The notes beneath the pieces are model-generated. The model saw only the letters and a program-made list of their open reading frames with translations. It searched no databases and was not told the origin of the DNA. From Klebsormidium nitens (Eukaryota > Plantae > Klebsormidiophyceae), in NCBI GenBank assembly GCA_000708835.1, contig DF237459.1:2266-66265 (forward strand): a stretch of 64,000 nucleotides of DNA, written 5' to 3'. Shown piece by piece: positions 25,547 to 38,437 of this stretch. Both the position numbers and the translations under genes were made by a program. Positions within the stretch are counted from its first letter, which is position 1; each line of letters starts with the position of its first letter.

Positions 25547-28500
25547 TCACCACCTGTGCCCGTCGAAGAAGGTGGGCCGGCCCAGCTCGCGCGCGTGCGC
25601 GCTCGGGGACGTGACGGGGCGATCTTTCGCGGGCTCGAGGTGGAAGGCGGCCACGTTGCTCCACAAACAGCCGCCGTCTTGGAACTCGCCCTGCGTAACC
25701 CGCACGTAACCCGAGGTTAGGAGCAAGGTCAATTTAAAGGTTTGCGGCGTTGCGGGTTCGAGGTGGAAGGGCGGCCAAGTTGCTCCCCAGACAGCTGGCG
25801 TCTTTGGAATTCGCCCCGCATAACCGGCACGTAACCCAAGATTAGAGCAGATCGAGCAGAATGCAAAGAAGGTCAGATCCCACTCTCGATCTCACTTGAC
25901 CGGGTTCATAGACTAGGTTTGCGGTGCGCCCATCGTCGTTGCACGACAACTGATTGCGGCGTTGCGGCGTTCCCAAGCAACCGCCGTGCTTGGGAATCGC
26001 CCGTGCGTATTACATGATAGAGAGTCAAGTCCCGAACAGATACTGAGCGCAGCCAGACTATGTATGTGTCAATTTGCTTCTTGCGTCAAATTCAGCGCAG
26101 TACCTTTCAAACTTTCCACCGAACAGCCCAGCTTGCATCGGCGACGGAATGGACAATCCAGCGGTTTCACTTAAATCAACGCAAATATGCTCTTGCCGCA
26201 GGAACCACATCAACTGGGTGAGTTATCGCATGGGTTTAGAATCCAAATGTGCAAACTGCGACTCGAACCAACGGCCCAACTTCCCAGACCGTTCCGCTCA
26301 CTTTGACCCGGAAGTAGTAGTCCGCGCCGGAGCGAAGTCCGCTCAGGTGGAAATGGTCTTCCGTTCCGCTGTAGACCTCGCGGATGACGTTGCTCGTTTT
26401 GACGCCCATCAACACCTGCAGGCGGAGGCGGTAGTCGGAACAATTTGGCAAATCCCGGGAAAGAGCTTCTACTATTTGTGGGTGGATTCGGTTGATTAAT
26501 CAATGGAACCTACCGGTCAAAACTGAAAGGTCCCGTCTACGTGGAAACTGAAGAAAGCACTTATACGCGACGGTTGCGAACAACCAGATCTTTCCGACTG
26601 ACGCCTTTGTCAAGAACCAAGGCAATGAGATCTAAAACTTCGAGTGGAATTCCTCTTTGCCATGCAGCCGGTAAACCATTCTTTGTCACAAACCCGGCTG
26701 AATTCTCAGATTTGAATCCACACAACAACCTATCCTCGGCATCACATGGATAAAGTGTCTGTCTATCTCAGGACTGAAAAGGCGACTGCGGCGACCTTGG
26801 GCTGTGATACCGGGTTTGACGTTGTCACAGAATTTGAGAACACGCATCACGCGGCTCAGATGAGCGGCATCCAGCTGCCCTGCCAATTGCAGTGATCGGC
26901 CCGACGCTATACAAAAATTTGGGCAACAGGTGATTACTGAAAACATTATTGAATGGCCAGACCGAAGACCTAGTTGGCTGTGCTGGTAAATCCTTTTTCA
27001 GGGCCTCCAATTGACAAAACGGCCAAAGTCGAAGGCGTTCTGTGGAGAGAAGTCATGGATGCCGGCAAGGTGGGCTTTTGATCAAGGACGCGCTTAAGTC
27101 CCTTCTGTAAGGCATGGTAACCGAACTTGGTAAGGGGCGTCGCCGTCTTACCTTAAACGCAACAGCCCTTTTTTTGTGCTTCGGCGGTACGCGCCAGGTC
27201 ACGTCGACGGCCCGCGGCTCTTTCGGATCCGCGTGCGCCTCCGCTGTAAGCGAAGAACAAACCAGGTTGGAAGCGGGTTAATGCGCTACTTAAGCGGTTA
27301 TCTTTGGCGGCGATAAGGCGGATGTGGATGGGGAAAAAAATGCAGAATGTCAACAGAAGACTGGATGCAGCAGAAGGGTCTCATTATCCGGAGGGCGCGC
27401 GGCTATTCTGGATCCGCGTGCCCTTTTCTGTGAGCGGTGGACAAAACTGGGCAGACGGGGGTTTGCATTCTGGTCGAGCGGTCAGTTCAAGGCGAGGTCA
27501 ATTATCTCGCTTCTTCCCCATTTAACCTGAGTCTGAGTGTCTGAAAATGTAAAATGCCAGTGCGCGATGTTCGAAGGCACAAACGAACCAGCTCGCTCCC
27601 AAACCTCTTGCCTTCAAACAGCAAAAGATCTTGAAAGACTGATAACCCACCTGCAATCTCGTCGTTTCGAACTGCCCGGCTCACAAAGGCCCCCTCCGGA
27701 ATCTGGATGTCGACCGTGTCCAGAAGGATCAACGAATCTGAGAAGAGATAGACACCCTTCGGATCAGAATAGACCGATCGCAGCCAACAATCTGATGGTG
27801 CCGCGTAGAGAGTAGTATTTGGTTTCGAACAGCTGCATATTGACGCATGTTTCCTGGAAGCGGCAAAAGAAGCAACGGGCCTGGGCGAAAGCGAACCGCA
27901 TGAAATGAATACCGAGAAAAATGCAGCCCTTGAGTAAGTGTGATATCAGGAACAGACTACTTTTGTCGAAATGAACAGCGAATCTAGAGCTTAGATCGAC
28001 AATGTCTGGCCTGAACGCAACTTCGAAGACCCTCTCGACATTTTAAGAGGAATTGCTAACCCGAACAAGTCACCATCCTATTTGCTCGCACAAATGGGGG
28101 CGCCCTTCTGCCGCTCGAGTCCCCTCGCTTTCCCCTTTGCGCCCTTTGCGGCGTTGCAACAACTCAATCAATGAAAGAGGCAACAGCACCAATTGGAGCA
28201 TTACACACCCGTCCGAGAAGCAAAGTTTCAAAATCGCGTGACGATATTCTCCCACCGTCTCCGCTTCTCTGCTTCCGCAAGAAAACACAAGTGGGCGGGC
28301 AGCAACAAACACTTTCAAAAGATAGGAACAGAAAATCAAGCGCTACAAGCTCACTCGTCTTATCGGTTGGATGCCAGCACAGTAGCTTATTGTCCACAAA
28401 CGCGGTTAGGCGCAGCCTCCTCTCGGGGGATCCCTCTCCGGGCGCTTCGCTCAGCTTTCGGGGCCGACCGGAGGGATCCCCCGGCAGGCCCGCTTGGCTG

Positions 28501-31500
28501 CCGCTGAGCCTGGCGGGTCCGGCGGAGTCCGCCGAGAAGCCGGCGAGGCCGGAACCGGAGTCGAGGGACTCCCAACAAAGAAGCTCTGCAAAGAAAAGGT
28601 CGGATTGCCCCTCGTTGATTTTCGGATTTCTTGGGTTCTCTCTTTTGTTTCAAGCAGGCTCTTTGTCAATATGTGCTTTGAATCATAACGGTATTCAGTA
28701 CGACAGGGCGGGTGGGAGCCAGTGATTGGAAACTTGGAGGCGGCGGTCTGACTCCTGAGCGGAAACGAGGGCGTCGAACCAGAAGATAGAAAACTGAACG
28801 CAACGTTCAGCTGACTTCTTTCACTTGAAGAATTCAAGCCCAGGCGGGTGACAAAGCATGAACAACAACATTAGGCGCCGATTCCTGATTCACGGGCATA
28901 TTGCAGATTCCCTTAACGTCCGGCCAACTTGACGACCCGGCTGCCTAAAAAATAAAGAAACGAAACGGAGGCGACAACTCCAACACGTGGCGATCCAGCG
29001 GCACAGATTGGTTGAGGATTCAGTCGCTGCGATGTCGCCATTTCGAGCGACCGTGAAAGGGAACCCTTTGGCTAATGGGGCGCTGTGAAGGACGTTTTTC
29101 GAGTGTCCCCGCTCCAGAATTGGATCTATCGAACTCCCAATCTATGTTGAAGAGAGAGAGAAGAAGAGAAGTGGAAGAGAGACCTTACGGAAATACAAGA
29201 AGAAGAAATAGGAGGTGAGAACCACGCTCGCTACTTTACGCACCTGTGTCAAACATGAACGCGTCGAAGTAATGGGGGGAAACAAGAGATTAGGAAAGCA
29301 TTTGACGCTCGTTTCACGCACCTGAGTGGAAGATTAACGTGTCGAAATAGGAACGACAAGAGCTGAGAAACGAAGAAAATGACAAGGAAAACCCAAGTCC
29401 TCTTCCACGCACCTGTGTCGAACATGAATGTGTCGAAGTAATGGTGGCCCCGGTCGTGGCCGCCGCTGATGAGCAGGTACCGCCCTGCGGCCAGCGGAAC
29501 GTTGAGCGGAATGAGGGAACGGAAAGTGTGGGCAAAAGTCAATCTTAGGACACCTGCACGTTATTCCTCAACACGTGCATTACCTCTTGCAAGAAGTGGC
29601 GCCTCAGCCAAATCCCCGACCTCAAATTGTGTTCCACCTGGATCTTCGGTGACTGGATCAAGGCTTGAAAGAGCGTCCAAACCGCGCCTCCACCCCCTTG
29701 AGTATGTTCATCAATGTACATCTTAGCTAGAACCTTAATCCTCTGAAACCCTAGGATAGTAGATACACTGTACACTAAAACTCTAAACTCACCGATCATT
29801 GTTGCCGCATGGCCCTCCCGGGGCGCTGGCGGGGTGCCCATGACCATTGGGGGGCTGCTCCACTCCAGTCCGGGCACGTTCAGCACGTGTATCTGGAAAG
29901 ATCACAAAGGCCGCCGAAACTCATCATCCATACGTTTCTGAGACCAAGGATTCAACGAGAGAACCCAGAAGATAAGCCAACTGAGTCTCAAGTTTGGGTT
30001 CTTGTTTGACGGACGAGATCAGACCGTAAAGAGATTCACAGATCAGTGACGGAGGGAAAGGAAAGTACGAGCATAAGTTATAACGTAAGAGAGAACTGAA
30101 AGAAGGACGAAATGTAATGATAGAGGTGAGTTTGCACAAAAATTATTGCTTACGTCATTGCGACATGCGCCGTCCTCGCCGTAGCCGCCGAATGCAAACA
30201 CGCTTTGCCCATCTTCCGCTGCGGTGAGCGTCATTCCGCACCGCTGGGGCGGGATTCCGGTCGCGGGGCAGATGCGCCACGTAAACGTCTGCGGTTCAAA
30301 CAAACACCTCTTTCACCCCAGAGCACGGAGGGATGTTTTATCGATTGGAACGGCCCGGCTGGTGACGCCACCAATTGATACACCGCCCAAATGGAATCTG
30401 AAAAAGAGGACCCTCATTTCTTTGATTTCGACCATCGAACCTGCCGTACTCATTCAGATCGGAACATTCAATTCAAGTTGAAATCTCAGCGGATTGCCTC
30501 CTGTAAGTCTTATCAAGCACTAAAACCCAGCTTCCGCAAGAATCCAAGCCCCTACAGAAGATGGTGCCCCTGATATTCGAGTTCGTCAAAACATTTGAAC
30601 CGCTTGGCGGAAGGAGCGGAACGTTAGAAACGCAGACCGCTGACCGACCTCTGACCGGAATCCCTCACATGCAGGCACGCTTTCGCTCAAAAACGCACTG
30701 CAGCATTCCTTATCGCGCCCGGAATTGCTTACGCCAATGACTGACGCAACTCTCTGCACCATAAATGAAGGCCGCGAGGGCATGTTTGCCTGACCGAACG
30801 GAAGAACGGATCGGAACAGCGGAACGGAATCAGCTAGCGGAACGTCTCACCTCGAGGTCTAGCTCGAAGAGGCCCTGCAGGACTTGGATTCCCGGGTCGT
30901 TTTCGCTGACGTCACCGCAGTCTCCCCCCAGCAGGAGTACCCGGTTGCCAACAACCACCATGGCAGCTTTCTCCACCAGGGGGGGCGGAACGCCACTGGT
31001 TTTCAGGGGGGTCCACTGCAGGAAAAATCTCAAGAAATGTGAATCACATGGGCTGTTCCCTGGGGTTCTTTGAAAACCGCAAATCGTCACTGGTCGGATG
31101 AGAGGAGGTTATAAACAGCCCCCCCGGTCAATCTAGAACCGGCTGCTGGCTGGCCCCGCCCTCAAGGCCTATTTGTTGGGAGAAAGATAAACGCCACTCG
31201 TGTTTAGGGGAGCCTACTGAGAACCGCTTGGAAGAAGGAGAGGCTGACTTGGAGGAGCAGGGCTTTCAAACATCGTTGGATTGGATAGCTTCGCTGTTCC
31301 CTAGGAATGAATGACAAGGGCATTCGCCGCCTAATTTGTACAATAAAAAAGAGAGCGGCGCTTAAACCGTTCCAATACATAAACGGACCCGCCGACTTCC
31401 AGGTTTGGTTCAGGAGAAGATTGGTTCCTTACAATGCCGGAGTCGACGTTGAAAAGGACGCAGTCGTTCAGCAGCGGATTCCGGCGGCCGCCGAAGACGA

Positions 31501-34500
31501 GCAGCCGGCCGCGGGGCAGCGCGACCGCGCAGTGACCGCCACGCGCGCACGGCGCGTCGCCGCTCGCGCGCACGCGCTCCCAGAGCGACAGCTCGGCGCC
31601 GTACGCGAAGAGTTCGTTGGTGCCAGAGCCGCCGCGGGTGGTGCCGCCGAAGAGGTAGAGCTTGGAACCAATCTGAGGAGGATAGCAGATGAGGAATGAT
31701 ATGACGTCACATTCTGCCAGCATAAAATCAATGAATGGGAAGGCGGTATTCAGGAAGGCTCCGTGAGCGTTCAATGAGTCGACGCTTGGGCGGTGCCGCC
31801 AAAGAGACCCAGCTTGGAGCCAATCCGAGGAGGACAGCAGATGAGGATTGGTATGACGTTAGATCAGGATTACGTCACTTTATGAGAGTGCCCTATGTTG
31901 CGGCTCTATCAACGCGTTCAATTGTTGGTGCCGGAGCCCCTGGGCGGTGCCGCCAAACAGGTACAGCTTGGTGCCGATCTGAGAAGGACAGTAGGTAGAT
32001 GAGGATTGGTATGACGTTAGATTCAGGATTACGTCACTTTTGAGAGTGCGGTGTACATGACGGCTCTATTAAAGCGTTCAATTGTTGGTGATCGAGCCGC
32101 CGCGGGTGGTGCTGCCGAAGAGATACAGCTTGGAGCCGATCTGACAGAGGAAGCAGATGACATCAAAAGCCATCTTAAATCCCTGTATAGTTGCTTCTAA
32201 GAAGGCGGGAGATGCTGATAGGAAAAATGTTGCAGTCGATATAGTCTTCGCTTCAAGAGAACGCGGTAACGTCACGGCTTCGTGTCGGTGAAGATGCTCA
32301 AGTCCCCGGGCACCACTGCGGCACATTGACTCGTGTCCGGCCCGATAAGTGGAAACTGTTTTCTATCCAGCCAACTCGCGTTTCGTTTTGTATTATCGTG
32401 AACAATCGAGTCTTGAAACAGGCCTCGAGATACGTTTCTGGCAAGCGAGTCGCACTTCCCCTGTGAAAACGAGTGTGCTCATCGGAGGAAATCCGGATCA
32501 CGTAGAAGGCATGTGCATTTTTATCAAGCGATGCGGTGAACTCCCACTCCAATAAGGTGCTGCGGGGCTTCATTCCGTGGGCACTTTCGAAATGCTGTCC
32601 GTTGTATTCTGGGGGCCGCATGTGGCGTTTTGTCATTACAATCAAGCCGTGATAAACACAAAAGAAAACGAACAGAAGGGATTGCGCTGAAGTGACTCGA
32701 AACCAACTAATTCTCACCTTGGTAAGCGTGCTCCGGTCCCGCTCCGTGGGCACGTTCACACTGCTGTCCGTCAGCTTCTGGCGGGTGTGCTGGAGCGTCC
32801 ATGGCAATGCGCCGACGAAGACGGTGTGCGTGCTGCGCGCCATTGCTAACCGTAAGTCGTCCGCACTCTGCTGCGCCGTCCGAAGAGCGCCTTCCAGCCG
32901 ATTGAGGTTACTCTGCAACGAAAATTCGACAGATGCGTTTACATTATAGTCGCGAAACTGATCTGTTCTAAGAGTTTCTGTTCTAAGAGTTTCTGACGTT
33001 TTTCGCCCTCTTCCGATCAACATCCGTTGCTAGGAAGCGTAGTCCTCCCACCTCTGCCGCGCTGTCCGAAGAGCGCCCTCCAGCCGATTCACATTGCTCT
33101 GCAAGAGAACGTTAGTCTCAACTCTTTCGCGGATGTTTCAAACGTCGGTGAACGCCTCCGAGCTGTTTAGTCTTCGTATTCGCATTTACTGATGGTACGT
33201 CGTCCGCACTGTGCTGCGCCGAAAGCCGAGCGGCCTCCAGCCAATCTGGACTGTTCTGCAAGAGCATGTCTACTTTTGTAAAACTCATCAGTTCTGGTTA
33301 TCTTCCGATTCCACATTCGCACTTAGGAAGCGTAAGTCGTCTGCACTCCGCTGCGCCTTCTGGAGGGCGCCTTCCGCCTTCCAGATTACTCCGCTAGAAG
33401 AGTTTCAGCTCGTTTCCTTGATTATCTTTTACGATAGGAGTGAACTCGCGAGCTCTCCGCCTTTTCCGTCTTCAAAGCTATTCGCTTATGCCTTGGAGGG
33501 TAGCATGCCGTCTGCAGTCTGCCGCGCCGTCCGAAGGGCGCTTCTAGCCGAAACGGGTCAATCTGCAAAATCCTATTCCGAAGAGCGGAGTCGTCAACTC
33601 CGAGCTCAGTTTCTGAAGTCCTACATGCTTAGTTACTTTCGAAGATCATTTGCTTAGCCTTTCGACAAAAAACAGATGGTCCACTTAGTCTCTCTTGATC
33701 GCGTTTGCCAACTCTCCCTTTTACCCTTTCCCTACCGTCCTTTCTGTCCTGCCGTGCTCTTTTTCTTTGCTTCCAGTCGAAAGCACACCGAAAGATAGGC
33801 GACCAACAGAAGCAAGAAAGCAGGCAAAGTGTCGCCCTCACCTCGTATATCCGAATCTTCGCCTCCCGCCCCTCTAGTTCTGCCTCTAGTTCCCTTATTC
33901 TCGCCAATGTCTTTTCCCGCTCCGCAACGACCGCCCCCGCCTGCGCCATCTGCTGCCGCGCAATCTCTCGTTCCCGCTCTAGTTCCTGGACCCGCAAGTC
34001 TCGCGCCTCTAGTTTCGCCGTGAGGTCGTCGACGGTCTTTTGGAGGTCGCTCGCGATGGCCGAGCGCGCGGCGAGCTCGCGCTCCATGTCGGCTAGGACG
34101 TCGTCGCAGTCCTGGGGGCAGAGCGGAAGCTTAGCGAGAAATCCGGAGCGGAACTTATCAATATCAAGAGAATCGAGGAGGGACGAAGTCAGGATAGATA
34201 CAGAGCGCGAAAGTGCCGCATCAAGCGCGAGATGCCGCACGTGACAATTTGGCTAAGATGTCGTCGCAGCCCTCGAGGCAGAGAGGAAGCTTAGCGAGAA
34301 TTCCGGCGCTTCAGAAGATTTCTAAAGAACATCAAAAAGGAAGAAATAACAGGAAGATAGATGAAAAGCGCGAGAGTGCCGCACGTTACATGTCGGCTAG
34401 GACGTCGTTGCAGTCCTGGGGGCAGAGCGGAAGCTTAGCGAACATTTCGGAGCGGAGTCTCGAAGATTCTGACAGACTCGAAAAGTAGGGCCGAAATGAG

Positions 34501-36448
34501 GATAGATACGAAGCGCGAGAGTGCCGCATCAAACCACACGTAACAATTGGGCTAAGATGTCGTCGCAGTCCTCGGGGCAGAGAGGAAGGTTAGCGAGAAA
34601 CACGGAAGTGCAGCTTCAGAGACTTTCAAGAGGACAACAAGAAGGAAGAACGACAGCAAGATAGATAACAAGCGCGAGAATGCCGACAGTACATGTCGGC
34701 TGGGAAGCGTAGTGGTCTTGGGGGCAGAGGGGAAGCGTAGCGCCACATTCAAGATGCAGGCTTGCTTGGGGTTGACGTAAGGCTATCCTATCTAAAGAAC
34801 TATGCGTTTCTGCTTGATTGTAGCCTTGACTCCAGGGCCCGCCAGCGCGGCGCCTGCTAGCGGAAGAGTTGCATTCCCTCGAACCACGAATCAGCCACTT
34901 TCGAAACTGACAGGAAGAATGACGATCGGCTCTTCGCAAGAAAAGCAGCAACGTTCACGTGAATGTAGACAGAAAAGCCGTGCTGTATGCCAGCTGTGTA
35001 AAACGTCCCACCAAAATTACAAGGTTCAAAATTCTAAACAGCCCAATCCATGGCCAGAAAAACAATCTACCCACCTGTTTGACCGTGATGATCTCTCTCC
35101 GAAGGTCGTCCCGTGCCCGCATGAGCTCCTCCGCTCTCTTGTCCGCAAAGGCGGTTCCTAATTTGGCCTGCAGAACGAATCCAAGCGCTAATTGTCAGCC
35201 ATTTTCGATAACACGAAACCTAGTTTCCAGAGGGAAAGTGAAAGCCCCCAACGTAAGGGGACGGGTAGGATCTTTATCATGGGAATCGACACTAGGTAGG
35301 CCTTAGTCTAGGATCTGACATGCCTCTTAGATGCATTTCTCCTGTAAGTAAAAGGACCACTTTCCTCAACATTATTTGAAAGCAGACCGGAAGCGGTGCA
35401 ATGCATCTGATTCGATTGCCCGTCCAAAACTCTCCCTCATTGGGGCAGCACGGCTACAGTGAAAGCTCCTGAGCAACGAGAAGGGGTTTAGACTGAGAAC
35501 ACAGATTGAAGAGGGACTCAGACGTGCCGTGCCAGACTCTCATTTGTATGTGCTACCATGTCCTAACTGCGGCGTTGGGGTGGTGTGAAAGGTTGCCAGA
35601 CTAAATAGAAATCTAAGTCTCGAATGGCCCAAGACAAAATAAATTTACTTGGATGCTTTCTGGATGATTATGCTGGTGTCTGGTTCTATATCGCATGTGA
35701 ACTCCTGCAGCTCTATCAGTGTCATCAACCATGCCAAAACAATCTCCTCAATGATTTTACTTGACATGGAATTCGACAGACACTGGGGGGCAGGACGAGG
35801 GCTATATCACAACAGGCATGGTTACCAGGTACGTGAGAAGAGACCAGCAGGGATCAGCAAGGTCAGCTTACGTAACGGCGAATTGGAGATTGACGGTGCA
35901 TCTCCAGAACGTCAGATTTCGACTTGACAAGAATTCATGGCGGAACAGTGCGGTAAAGTGGTTGCATGATTCGCAGATGTCGTCCTCTTTGTGGAAAGAA
36001 AGTCAAACAAGCGGGAGCTTTCTTAACATCCAGCAAACGTAAGCATGATACGGAGGGTAGAATTTATCTTCTTGAGTACGGCATAAATGGGAATCAAGCT
36101 CTCTACAAAAGCACAAAGGAAATGCAACAGACAATCGGATTCGCAGGGAATGATTTCGAGGGCAGTTTTTAAACAAGTTAATAAATTCAAGTCCGATACG
36201 TATTGGCTTCACAGCATTGCAATACTTTTTATGTAGCCAAAGAACGTATTACTCATCTCAACCCCAAAACAAGGATACATCACAAATTCCATGTCCCTTC
36301 CAAGGAAATAGCGGCTCCTTCTTACCTCCTCTAGTTCCAGCATCAACTGAGCAATCCGCTCATCCTTCTTCAGTGCATCTCTGTCTGCATCGCTGACCCC
36401 GTCCGCGGCCTTGTCTGCCTTTGCGCTGCCCTTCCCTTTCTTCGCCAT
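25547..36448 (-). CDS. ~685 aa protein: N-terminal coiled coil, Kelch-repeat propeller, C-terminal FN3 domain
   Basis: Exons 36448-36326, 35167-35075, 34111-33842, 32912-32718, 31672-31433, 31015-30851, 30288-30154, 29892-29793, 29484-29413, 28585-28355, 27737-27651, 27243-27152, 26415-26302, 25690-25547; all phases match. Kelch motifs: PTERDRSTLTKIGSKLYLFGG, ARGGHCAVALPRGRLLVFGG, PAPREGHAATMIGGRYLLISGG. FN3 motifs: VDVTWRVPP, EVYSGTEDHFHLSGLRSGADYYFRVK, LWS. Confidence 0.85.
29235..34745 (-). repeat. Multiple intronic arrays of decayed exon-junction copies in the Kelch gene
   Basis: Donor copies of exon 29484-29413 at ~29235 and ~29310. Acceptor copies of exon 31672 at ~31790-31830, ~31940-31985 and ~32095-32145; of exon 32912 at ~33040, ~33210, ~33330 and ~33500; of exon 34111 at ~34250, ~34390, ~34550 and ~34700. 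Confidence 0.85.
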
Positions 36449-37148
36449 TTTGGCAGTGGTCAAGCGCAACTCAGAATGTTAACATCAGGACGTGCCAGCT
36501 AGCTAATTCATACGCAGATTCATCCTGTATGTATCGTTTACCTTCAAAATTCAGTCTCTAGGATAGAATATTGTCCCTAGTCCCGCGATTGTTGTGACAC
36601 CAACCTAGCAGCTGCAGCAGATTCGTTGATGGGAACAGTCTAAGGTTGTTCTGCCCAAAAGCATGTTACCGTCACAGTTCAGTCAATGAGTCCAGTGCGG
36701 GCCTGGCAAATGAGAAAGCAAGGCTGCTCAGCTGGGAATGTCTATCGCTGGAGAGTCTGCACACTTTCAGGGAAATGGGCCACATGTAGATTCCTCGCAG
36801 AAAATATCTTGAGCATCGCACAATCTGCTCAACTCGCAACTTGTGCATATCAAGCAGGGCAACTCGAACCTAGTGATGGTCAGGGCTGTCAGAACGCCGG
36901 TGAATTCAACTTGCTGCTCTTCAATCAAAGTTTGGAAGATTCCAAAAGCAAAGTGCGTGTCAGAAAAAGAGCAGCTTGTCAGAAATAGAGCTTGCCATGA
37001 GGTTGCCATGGAGCAGCTCAGTGTTTCTGGCTACGCCATCCATGCTCTAGGACTACGCATCATGCAAAGAACTGGGTCGATGACTGATTGCGTTTGTAGC
37101 ATGCAGCTTGTCAAAGTCAAAGAGCCGCAAAGCTAGCCTGCCTAAAAG

Positions 37149-37338
37149 AACTCGGACTAATTTAGGTATAATAAGCGGCAGGTATAATATTAAGCTCCAC
37201 AGGCTGGGACGGGTGGGGTTAGTTTGGGGGTTAGGGTGGGTACGGGTGTGGAGCAGGTAGATGGCTGGGTTAGGGTTTTAGTGTTAGTTGGAGCTTATTA
37301 TACCTAGCTCTTATTATACCTAAATTAGTCCGTCAATG
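37149..37338. mobile_element. Non-autonomous foldback/MULE-like MITE, copy A (190 bp, 9-bp TSD)
   Basis: Direct repeat gcctaaaag at 37140-37148 and 37339-37347. Inverted arms ggactaatttaggtataataag (37154-) and cttattatacctaaattagtcc (-37331). G-rich core tagtttgggggttagggtgggtacgggtgtggagc is shared with copy B. Confidence 0.75.
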
Positions 37339-38437
37339 GCCTAAAAGTGCGCGGGGGAAGCGCGCTGCGCCTGGTGAGCTACCGGTACCTTTCAGCTACC
37401 TATTCTCGCGAGTCCGCAATGACAGATTCTACCGACAGATGACTCGTCAATCCAGTACATGACATAGTAGTACCTGAGCAGTAGCGTAGTGTGGCCTGCA
37501 AGTGATCCTTGGCGCCCAATCGCCCAACCCAATCCTGATCAACAGTCCGATCAACACCAGTACACCAGTAAGATGCTCGCGCGCACATCATCGATTACTA
37601 ATCGGACGGTTATCAAAAACGATGAGCTGATCGCACGGCCATGCTGGGTTCCAAGCAAATTGGACTTACATAGTGACTGCATGGGGCGCAAACCTAAGGC
37701 TGTAGCTAGAGCCCAGCTTTGCAGTTTGAGCAGACGGGGAGCAGACTCACCATGCAACGGGTCTTTCCACACCCCTTCCACACAGATCGAGCGGGTGTTC
37801 CAAGTTGTTTTGGGCATTCGCTGAGCACTCAAGGTGTTGCGCGCAAAGTGGTCCGGGTGGCCTCGTGCGACGGTCGACTTGATCATTTAATGCAGAGGTT
37901 CATTTCAGCCCCATCACGTTCTGGAGCACGGTGGTAGTGGCGATTTGATTCAACTGAACACTGACGTACCGCGGTGTTTTTGCGATGAAGTATGACACGA
38001 CTAGCTGTAAGAGTCGGCGGATGGGACGCGGTAAATTAAATACTCGTGCAATGTTTTCTTGGCAACGGCGTTGAACGTTGCGACCCCGCCGCTGTACAGT
38101 CGCTCGCCAAACCTGGCAACAACACCCGCTCTGTGTATAAAGTCGGACACTTGCCAAAAGACAGTGATCAACTTGAAATTGACATGGCGCGCTAGTTAGT
38201 GTGCTGTATGTTGGTCGTGTTTGAGGCCCCGTTGCTCGTGAATAGAGAGAATGTAGATGGTGTTGTACTTTTGTTGGCAGCCTCTCAGCTAGGTGGGCCC
38301 GAGAACAAAGACCTAGACTCAGTGCAGATCGTTTACCATACACATAAATGACAAGAAGCGTTTCGATCAGGACAACGTAGACAAGCGGGATAAACTGCGC
38401 CGATTGCGACCAACATAACCAATTTTTTTCTGTTATT

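Noticed and set aside
35649-36212. Short ORFs in Kelch intron 1, possibly a TE remnant
   Set aside because: No transposase or RT motif, no termini and multiple stops.
37207-37285. TTAGGG motifs as an interstitial telomere
   Set aside because: Only isolated hexamers inside the MITE core, not a tandem telomeric tract.
37400-38400. 210-aa minus-strand ORF (37900-38532) and neighbours
   Set aside because: Its 5' part is an alternative frame of the NAGK last exon and the remainder has no recognisable domain.
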